Shown piece after piece: positions 6,863 through 13,941 of a stretch of DNA of 32,000 nucleotides; positions within the stretch are counted from its first letter, which is position 1; every line of letters starts with the position of its first letter. This DNA comes from Trichlorobacter lovleyi SZ. Its GTDB lineage: Bacteria > Desulfobacterota > Desulfuromonadia > Geobacterales > Pseudopelobacteraceae. Location: NCBI RefSeq assembly GCF_000020385.1, contig NC_010814.1, positions 3,420,001 through 3,452,000 on the forward strand, read 5' to 3'. Both the position numbers and the translations under genes were made by a program. Below the pieces are notes generated by a model, which did no database searches, was not told the DNA's origin, and worked only from the letters and a program-made list of their open reading frames with translations.

Positions 6863-9593
6863 AGATCCCTGTTTTCAGCGGGAGGATAAGTTGTTCCGCA
6901 TCCCGTTGTACTGCCGCGGGTCTACCATTGGAGTCCAGACGGCAACCGGTGGCGTGAGCAAAGGTCAGGTAGCCATCTGTCTGAGCTGTCACGGTCAGGC
7001 GCATACCACTGGCCGTCCAGTCAAAGCGGTCAATGCCGGCAGTTGCAGTTGCCAGCCAGCTCCGACCGGGACGATGCTCCGTCAGCTGCAGGAACGCCTC
7101 TCCGCCGGGCGCCAGATGGATGTAACGTTGATCATGGTGATCCGAGAAACCGATCACCCCGCGGCTGGCTTCCAGATCCGGGTAGCCGGCGCTCACCGGC
7201 AGACGCAACTGTCGCAGATCGCCGTTGTTACGGATCAACCAGCCGCTGCCGGAACGGGCAACCACGGTGCGGTTGAAATCCAGCACCTTGTTAACGTAGT
7301 CGGAGGTAAAAATCGCGTGGGGTTTCCGGGCCAGCACCCAGCCGTAGACATCCTCCAGGGCACGGCGTGAGGCCTCCTTGGTAACCGAATAGGTGTGATA
7401 GTAGAGGTTGATCGGCTTCAGCCTGCGGGGGGCATCGGTCAACCGGAAGGTCTCGATCACCCGGCGATAGCCGTAAAAGGGACCGGTCCAGAGATTGGTA
7501 TAGACGTTTTCGTTCTGATTGGGGGCAAAAACCTGAAACCAGCCATTTTTTGCCACACCCAACGGTGCAACGGCCGTAAGCGACCTGTTTGATTCTGTTA
7601 TTACCGTGTCGCCGCCATTAATATTGCCCAGCCCGGCACGATAGGTGGCAGCCAGCGCATCGCCCCCGGGCGCACAGTCGCCAGACCACTGAAGCAGGCG
7701 GGTTTTTTTGCCGGGAGGCAACAGGGTCTGATTGATAAAGGCCGCCGAACCGGCAATCTCTGATTCAAGCTGGAAACGGTACCCGGGAATCGGTAAATAC
7801 TGGGCTGTGTAGCCCTGTTTGGCTACGTCGGTATTCTGCCAGTAAAAGGGATGGGAAAAGGTGTGGCTCCCCGCTTCAACCCAGGGCAGCGCAAAAATCT
7901 CACGGGCCTCAGCCTGCAATGCCGGGGCCTGCTGCGGGTTCAGGCCATGATCACCCAAGGTACTGGTGATCACGGAATAGGTGGTCGGTATCCGGTATTT
8001 TTTCAGGATACGCTCCCGCAGCTCGGTTACTGCCAGCGGTCCACCGGGGCGTTCAACCCTGCTCTCAAAACCGTCGGCATCAATGTGGGATAGTAGCAGG
8101 CGCACCCCGTTTTCGGTGGTGGTATCCGGTACGGGGCTGTTTTCAAGGCGCAAGGCCTTTCTGAAAAATTCAAAGGGGTTGATCACCCAGCGTTCACGTT
8201 CATTGATCAGCTCATTCAGCACGTAGGGTTCCAGGGCGTATCCCCCCCAGGAGGTTACCGCAACCGCCTCACTGGCCACCTGTTGGCCATCACCCACAGC
8301 CAGCAGCACCTCACTGCCGGGAAAACGAAGCGCCGGCGGTGCCCCGGACGGCATGACTGCCGTCTCAAATCCCATCAGAGCATCCTGCTGCATGACCTTA
8401 AGCCCTTTACCGGTGGTACGTCCGGCAAGCAGCGTCCCCCCCATCGCCTGGGCAAACTGCTGGGGCGGCACACCGAAACGATCCAGAAAGACCAGCGGCA
8501 GCTTGTGCTCCTTCTGGCGGACAAGCCATTGCAACAGGTTGCTCTTGCTGCCGGAACTGTCCGAGTTGGGCCAGACCACCACCCCGGCATAGCGCCCCGC
8601 AAGCTGACCTGCCGGTAACGGCTGGCGCATATCAACCAGCTCAACCTGATAGCCCAGATAGTTCAGCGGCATGACCACAAAACGCTGCAGGTTGGTGTAG
8701 ATCGGATCTGCCCCTTCACTGCCGTCATACAGCCCCAGGATCTTGCGCGGCAGCACCTCTACGGTTCCTACCCCCAACGAAGCCAGATCCTTGTCGGTCA
8801 CCCAGGGTATGAACCCGGCCTTCTTGATCTTCTCTGCGGTCGTGCGGGCCAGATCGCGCTCTGACGGAGCAACGTAGTCGATCACGATCACCGGAAGTCC
8901 TGCCTTGCGCACCTCGGCAAATTTTCCCAGCAGCCACTGGCGATCATCTTCGTTCACCTCACCATAGCTGCCGGTGGCGGGATCAAAGTTCCGGAAAAGC
9001 GATTCTGCAGCAACTGCAAAGGCGGCATCCTTGACACGCTCCAGCACCTCAAAACCGCGGTTCATGATCAAGCGGGCCTCGGGATGCCGCTTTTTGATGC
9101 TGCGGATAATCTCCACCAGCCCGGCCTCAAGGGCAGGATGCCGTTGTTTGTCCTGTACCAGTTGATAGGAGTCAAGCGTGTCCAGAAAAAACCCGCGATA
9201 ACCGGCTGCCCAGAGCGGCTCAACGACCTGATCCAGAAAAAATGCCCGCCAGTCAGGATTGGCCAGGTCAACCAGCTTGCTTTTCCAGACCCGGTTTTCA
9301 CCAAGCAACCAGTCCGGTTTGATCTGTTTGTAAAATTTTCGTTGGGGATCCGCTTCTCCGACACTAACATACGCAAACAGCTCGCTATGAGTATTCCGAT
9401 AAGATTGCGGGGCATACCCGGCAGCATCAGGATCAACCACCACCAGATCAAAGGCCTGCAGTTCATCCAATGGCGGATTATCAGCATAGAAAAAGGCCAC
9501 ACTGAATTGACCGGGGGCTGCAACAGCAGCTGTCGCAGCCGGCGTGGTATACACCAGCAGCATCAGCAGAAGTATTGCAGACAGGCGTTGCAT
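6837..9593 (-). CDS. pelA: PelA-like bifunctional Pel polysaccharide hydrolase/deacetylase
   Basis: 918 aa with signal peptide MQRLSAILLLMLLVYTTPAATAAVA. The N-terminal region is TIM-barrel glycoside-hydrolase-like (ELFAYVSVGE, GFFLDTLDSY, RLIMNRGFE). The central/C-terminal region is CE4 deacetylase-like (LLSHIDADGF, GSHTFSHPF). It is the first gene of the operon, as for pelA. Confidence 0.85.
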   Translation of the reverse strand: MQRLSAILLLMLLVYTTPAATAAVAAPGQFSVAFFYADNPPLDELQAFDLVVVDPDAAGYAPQSYRNTHSELFAYVSVGEADPQRKFYKQIKPDWLLGENRVWKSKLVDLANPDWRAFFLDQVVEPLWAAGYRGFFLDTLDSYQLVQDKQRHPALEAGLVEIIRSIKKRHPEARLIMNRGFEVLERVKDAAFAVAAESLFRNFDPATGSYGEVNEDDRQWLLGKFAEVRKAGLPVIVIDYVAPSERDLARTTAEKIKKAGFIPWVTDKDLASLGVGTVEVLPRKILGLYDGSEGADPIYTNLQRFVVMPLNYLGYQVELVDMRQPLPAGQLAGRYAGVVVWPNSDSSGSKSNLLQWLVRQKEHKLPLVFLDRFGVPPQQFAQAMGGTLLAGRTTGKGLKVMQQDALMGFETAVMPSGAPPALRFPGSEVLLAVGDGQQVASEAVAVTSWGGYALEPYVLNELINERERWVINPFEFFRKALRLENSPVPDTTTENGVRLLLSHIDADGFESRVERPGGPLAVTELRERILKKYRIPTTYSVITSTLGDHGLNPQQAPALQAEAREIFALPWVEAGSHTFSHPFYWQNTDVAKQGYTAQYLPIPGYRFQLESEIAGSAAFINQTLLPPGKKTRLLQWSGDCAPGGDALAATYRAGLGNINGGDTVITESNRSLTAVAPLGVAKNGWFQVFAPNQNENVYTNLWTGPFYGYRRVIETFRLTDAPRRLKPINLYYHTYSVTKEASRRALEDVYGWVLARKPHAIFTSDYVNKVLDFNRTVVARSGSGWLIRNNGDLRQLRLPVSAGYPDLEASRGVIGFSDHHDQRYIHLAPGGEAFLQLTEHRPGRSWLATATAGIDRFDWTASGMRLTVTAQTDGYLTFAHATGCRLDSNGRPAAVQRDAEQLILPLKTGIYGLELVCQ

Positions 9594-9785
9594 AGAAATA
9601 ACCTCAGGATACTATTGATTGAATCGATTACTTTTAACACAAAGCAAACCTGTTGCAAACATTCAAGATCCTATTAATCCTGACAAGCTTTATTCTTGAC
9701 ACCAATCTTGATTTCTGTTAGTCATTTCCGCCTTTCGCAGCATAGCCTTATGTTTTAGATCGCTACTTGATGGAGCACGTGACGC

Positions 9786-10442
9786 ATGGCAACCACCAAG
9801 CCCGTAAAGAAAACAACTCAGGAGCCTTCTGCGGCTTCCAAGAAGCCCGCTGCACCGGCACCTGCCAAGGCACCTTCCAAAGAAGCCGCCGAGACCGCAC
9901 CGGTAAAATCCGAGGCAAAGCCTGCTGACAAAGCAGCCGAGCCAAAGAAAAAAGTGGCGACCGTTCCAGCCGAACCGTCAGTACCGCCCACGGCCAAAAC
10001 AGTGGAAGCGTCTGTTGCTTCAGGGGGCAAATGGAAGGAGATCCAGCAGATTCTCCTGGCCATGAAAGAACAGACTCTGCTTGAAATAAAGCGCTCGATC
10101 AAAAAGGGCTCGGAGGTGTCAGTCGGCGAGGAACCGACCGGTGATATCTACGATCAGGCCTCATCGGAGCGGGACCGAGAGCTTGGTCTGCTTCTGAACG
10201 ACCGTGAGCGGGAAAAACTGCATAGCATTGACGAAGCACTGCTGCGGATTGCCGAAGGCGAGTACGGCATCTGCGAAGAGTGCGACGAAGATATCCCGAT
10301 GGGGCGCCTGAAGGTGCTTCCCTTTACCCGTCACTGCGTCAAGTGCAAATCTGACCTGGAAAAGTTCCAGGCCCAGACCCGCCGGATAGAAGAGGATCGG
10401 GCCTATCGCGAGATACCGGTCGGCGACGACGACGAGGGCTAA
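9786..10442 (+). CDS. dksA: DksA/TraR-family RNA-polymerase-binding zinc-finger protein with Ala/Lys/Pro-rich N-terminal extension
   Basis: 218 aa. The C-terminal ~120 aa align by eye with E. coli DksA. They carry the coiled-coil tip motif DIYDQA (DxxDxA), NDREREKL, and the C4 finger CEEC-x17-CVKC. The first ~80 aa are low-complexity A/K/P/E (KKPAAPAPAKAPSKEAAETAPVKSEAKPADKAAEPKKK). Confidence 0.8.
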   Translation: MATTKPVKKTTQEPSAASKKPAAPAPAKAPSKEAAETAPVKSEAKPADKAAEPKKKVATVPAEPSVPPTAKTVEASVASGGKWKEIQQILLAMKEQTLLEIKRSIKKGSEVSVGEEPTGDIYDQASSERDRELGLLLNDREREKLHSIDEALLRIAEGEYGICEECDEDIPMGRLKVLPFTRHCVKCKSDLEKFQAQTRRIEEDRAYREIPVGDDDEG

Positions 10443-10445
10443 CCC

Positions 10446-11573
10446 CTACCGTAGCCGTTCCAGCAGCTGAAGCAGCACTCCTTTCCGGATTGCCATGGCA
10501 TGCCGGGGGCAAAGTTCCCGGCAGCACCAGCAACGAATGCAACGCCCTGAATCAACCTTCAGGGCGTTTTTTGTCAGGGTGATGGCGGCTGGCGGACAGG
10601 CATCACGGCAAACACCGCACAGAGTACAGCTGCCCTTCTCCGCTCCGGGTAAGGGAGTCAACTGGTTACGCAACAGCTTTTTCAAGAACCCGGGCAGGCC
10701 GAACTGCACATCCAGCCCTTCCGGCAGGATAAAGGGGGGCACTGCAACCATGTCTGCCAGGTCAGCCGTCAGCTCAATCCGGTCCAACTCGGTACCGGGC
10801 AGCCCTCTGCGACGGGCCTCACGTTCCACCGGCAGCAGGTCGGCCGGAATGCCTGCCAGATATGCTGCGACCGTATCGACAGCCACCGGATTTTCCCCCG
10901 CCAGCAATAGCCCCAGTTGACGCGGCCTGCCGCTGTTGGGCCCATTTCCCTCCATGGCAAGAATCCCATCCACAATGGTCAATGCCACAGGTCTGGCAAA
11001 GGCGATCTCCAGCAACAGCCCGGCAAACAGCTCCTTTGAGTGCCCTGCGGTCAGGTGCAGACCTGCCTTGGCAGCGCCGACAACCGTCCCGTACAGGTTC
11101 TTCACGGCGCATGTCAGGGTCATCATCTCATGGGTCTTCAGCTTGGGCAAATTGATGATCACATCGGCGTCCAGATAGGCGGTTGCCAGCTCCAGCTGCC
11201 GAAAGGTCCCGAAGGCGCCCACACTGCGGGTCTCACCAAACGGGATCAGCTGTCCCCCGGCAGATTCGACCGCCTTCCTGATACCGCTCTTTTCGGCAAC
11301 ACGCTCAAAAGAGCCGATACCGGGGCTATCGCCCACCATTACCTCTGCCCCGGCCCCCCTGACCAGTTCCGTCACCAGCTTGACCAGCGCAGGATGCGTG
11401 GTAACAGCCGCCTCAGGCGGTTTGCCGGCCAGCAGATTGGGCTTCAGCAGCACCCGCTGGCCCGGTCTGACAAACCGCTCTATTCCCCCCAACGGCTGCA
11501 ACAACGCAACAAGCCGTTCTCTCAGAAGATTCTCATCATATCCGTCACAGCCCTGCAGGCTTATCAAATCCAT
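10446..11573 (-). CDS. DUF362-domain protein with C-terminal 2x[4Fe-4S] ferredoxin-type motifs
   Basis: 375 aa. N-terminal RVLLKPNLL and overall DUF362-like sequence. The C-terminus has CTLCGVCRDACP and CIRCWCCRELCP. It converges on dksA with a 3-nt gap. Confidence 0.7.
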   Translation of the reverse strand: MDLISLQGCDGYDENLLRERLVALLQPLGGIERFVRPGQRVLLKPNLLAGKPPEAAVTTHPALVKLVTELVRGAGAEVMVGDSPGIGSFERVAEKSGIRKAVESAGGQLIPFGETRSVGAFGTFRQLELATAYLDADVIINLPKLKTHEMMTLTCAVKNLYGTVVGAAKAGLHLTAGHSKELFAGLLLEIAFARPVALTIVDGILAMEGNGPNSGRPRQLGLLLAGENPVAVDTVAAYLAGIPADLLPVEREARRRGLPGTELDRIELTADLADMVAVPPFILPEGLDVQFGLPGFLKKLLRNQLTPLPGAEKGSCTLCGVCRDACPPAAITLTKNALKVDSGRCIRCWCCRELCPRHAMAIRKGVLLQLLERLR

Positions 11574-11611
11574 AACAGCCCCCTTGCGTTTTATTCCAGT
11601 TCAGTTACACT

Positions 11612-11625
11612 ACGCTTGCAAGCGT
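11612..11625. promoter_or_regulatory. Perfect 14-bp palindrome ACGCTTGCAAGCGT in the divergent DUF362 / GGDEF intergenic region (candidate operator)
   Basis: Read directly from the sequence. It lies 35 nt upstream of the ATG at 11660 and 39 nt upstream of the DUF362 ATG (11573). Confidence 0.3.
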
Positions 11626-11659
11626 CGACAGGCACTACTACCGCGGGCACGGGGTACCC

Positions 11660-12937
11660 ATGAAATCAGCGACCATGGATCATTACGACATATCATTACT
11701 CTATGTAGAGGATGAACGGGTCACCCGTGAGCAGATTTCCCGAATCCTGCAACGGATCGTCACAGAGCTGCATGTCGCGGAAAACGGCCAGGAAGGCCTT
11801 GAACTCTACCGGGAGAAACACCCGGACATCATCATGACCGATATCATGATGCCGGTCATGAACGGCCTGGAAATGGCCCGTGAAATCCGCAAGTTGGATC
11901 ATGACAGCCAGATTATCATGCTGACCGCCTATAGCGACACCGAATATCTGCTGGAATGCATCAGCCTGGGGATCAACCAGTACGTGCAGAAGCCGGTGGA
12001 TTTTTCCCATTTGGCAACCGCAATAGAAACCTGCAGCAACTATGTCTTGCTGAAGCGGAAGCTGCACCAGCAGGAAAGCAAGATCCAGATGCTGTCTCAA
12101 GCGGTGGAACAGGCACCGGCACCGGTCATGATAACCTCATTAAGCGGCTCGATCGAATATGTCAATGCCATGTTCAGCCGCCTGACCGGCTATCAGGCCT
12201 CTGAAGTGCTGGGCCGCAATCCCCGCCTGCTGAAATCCGGCCTGAACTCTGCAGAGATCTACCACAACCTCTGGGAAACCATTTTGAGCGGCGAGGAGTG
12301 GAAGGGTGAGCTGGCCAACAAACGAAAAAACGGTTCCATCTATTGGGAAGTAGTCAAGATCTGCCCCTTACGCGATTCAGACAATGTGGTGACCGGTTTT
12401 TTGAAGGTTTCTCAGGATATCACTGAACGGAAACAATACGAAGAAAGCCTGCAGTACCTGGGCACCCATGACCCATTAACCGGCCTGTTCAACCGGGCCT
12501 ATTTCGATGCGGAACTGCAACGGATCGAGTCGGGCCGCGAATACCCGGTCAGTATCGTGATGGCCGACATTGATGGGTTGAAGGGGGTAAACGATTCACG
12601 CGGCCACGATGAGGGTGACCGCCTGATTAAAGGGGCGGCAGAGGTACTCTTGTCTGCCTTCCGCTCCAGCGACGTGGTTGCCCGGATCGGCGGAGACGAA
12701 TTTGCCGTGCTGCTCTCCCGCACCGACCATGACGCGGTTGTAGCGGCTATTCAACGGGTTAAAAACTGCGAAACCGATCCCAAGCTGGGAAATTTTGCCC
12801 GCTCACTTTCACTGGGAGCAGCAACGGCAGCACATCCGGATGAACTGCTGGACAGCATGAAGCTGGCTGACCGGCTTATGTATAAAGACAAGGCTGAACG
12901 CAAAGCCAGACACCTGAACAGCGCAACCAAGGCGTGA
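11660..12937 (+). CDS. Response-regulator diguanylate cyclase (REC-PAS-GGDEF) with I-site
   Basis: 425 aa. REC domain: YVEDE acidic pocket, phospho-acceptor D61 in IIMTDIMMP, and K in YVQKP. PAS domain: ITSLSGSIEYVNAMFSRLTGY...GSIYWE. GGDEF domain: DPLTGLFNR, and RIGGDEFAVLL with RSSD exactly 5 residues upstream (RxxD I-site). Confidence 0.9.
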   Translation: MKSATMDHYDISLLYVEDERVTREQISRILQRIVTELHVAENGQEGLELYREKHPDIIMTDIMMPVMNGLEMAREIRKLDHDSQIIMLTAYSDTEYLLECISLGINQYVQKPVDFSHLATAIETCSNYVLLKRKLHQQESKIQMLSQAVEQAPAPVMITSLSGSIEYVNAMFSRLTGYQASEVLGRNPRLLKSGLNSAEIYHNLWETILSGEEWKGELANKRKNGSIYWEVVKICPLRDSDNVVTGFLKVSQDITERKQYEESLQYLGTHDPLTGLFNRAYFDAELQRIESGREYPVSIVMADIDGLKGVNDSRGHDEGDRLIKGAAEVLLSAFRSSDVVARIGGDEFAVLLSRTDHDAVVAAIQRVKNCETDPKLGNFARSLSLGAATAAHPDELLDSMKLADRLMYKDKAERKARHLNSATKA

Positions 12938-12960
12938 TCAATCATCAAGACGCGCAACAG

Positions 12961-13941
12961 CTAAAACTGGATATTGGGTCGTAGCACAAGCGTAAAGTTA
13001 GACGCATTGGTATCCCGCAGACTCCCGCTGTAACGCGCCGGATCTTCCCAGATCATACCGACATCAAGCTTAAGTGCAACCCCCCAGGACTTGATCGGAA
13101 ACTTCTTCCCCAAGACATACTCCTGGCGCAACAGATCACCATGCTTGGCACCGACGTCCCAGCGGACATCAAAGGTACTGTTCCGCAGGAACTCAAGTGG
13201 ATTTACCCTGAAATCAAGGTTGCTGCGCCGGAATCCGACATAGAACGTGTTGGCAATATTCTGATTTTCGTGCATTTTTGCACCAAGCCGGAAACTCCAG
13301 GAGAGTTTTTCATCTTTAAAACTGCGCTCACCCTTCATCTTCCATTCGGCTTCAAGGGAATGGTCAGGAATCAGGACATTATTACGGATATGCTGATTCG
13401 AGTAACTGAAAAGGTAGCCCATATAGCCCTTGTTTGAGGACAGCCGTTCTTCACCCGGCTTGTTGAACTTGATCATATCACCCAAAAAGACTGAAAATGC
13501 GTAAGGCTCTTCAAAACCGGCAGTCAACCACTGGATTACATTCTGATTCCGCCCGATATCGGCTATCCCGTAGAAATCCCTGGCATACTCCTTCAGGGCA
13601 ACACCTGCCAGCGGTAACGGCATGACCGCCGCCTCAACCAGCATGAAGCGAGGCACAAGAGAATTGAGCATCAACCTGCTGTAGACCTCAAACTCGCTCT
13701 GATCTGCCACCGTGGTAATAGGTGAACCGTCCAGCGGGATATTCAGCGAGACATTTGTATAGTAAAGGTCCGTCTCCCAGTCCAGATCAGCCCAGCCAAG
13801 CTCCTGACTGCCAAAAAGATATTCTTTCAAGGTTCTTTCAGATGGCGGGAATTGTTGAGGTCTGGCCGGTTCACCGGCATGGACCACACTGACGAGGGAG
13901 AGCAACAGAAAGCAGGCCAGCAGCAAAAACCGTTGTCGCAT
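12961..13941 (-). CDS. Secreted protein of unknown family, outer-membrane beta-barrel-like
   Basis: 326 aa. Signal peptide MRQRFLLLACFLLLSLVSVVHA-GEP. The C-terminus LVLRPNIQF ends in Phe, as in many OM barrels. Its ATG (13939-13941) overlaps the stop of the upstream GH13 gene by 1 nt (TAATG). I recognised no family. Confidence 0.6.
   Translation of the reverse strand: MRQRFLLLACFLLLSLVSVVHAGEPARPQQFPPSERTLKEYLFGSQELGWADLDWETDLYYTNVSLNIPLDGSPITTVADQSEFEVYSRLMLNSLVPRFMLVEAAVMPLPLAGVALKEYARDFYGIADIGRNQNVIQWLTAGFEEPYAFSVFLGDMIKFNKPGEERLSSNKGYMGYLFSYSNQHIRNNVLIPDHSLEAEWKMKGERSFKDEKLSWSFRLGAKMHENQNIANTFYVGFRRSNLDFRVNPLEFLRNSTFDVRWDVGAKHGDLLRQEYVLGKKFPIKSWGVALKLDVGMIWEDPARYSGSLRDTNASNFTLVLRPNIQF

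Noticed and set aside
5912-6889. 325-aa plus-strand ORF, plus similar long plus-strand ORFs at 3765-4427, 4637-5356 and 5583-6086
   Set aside because: They are antisense to the pelB ORFs. They are Arg/Pro/Gln/Cys-rich and low in complexity, as is typical of shadow ORFs in GC-rich genes. The minus-strand products have recognisable TPR/porin features.
9696-9724. Sigma70 promoter TTGACA-17-TAGTCA for the dksA homologue
   Set aside because: The -35 is perfect but the -10 matches only 3/6. I mention it in a finding but do not list it as a feature.
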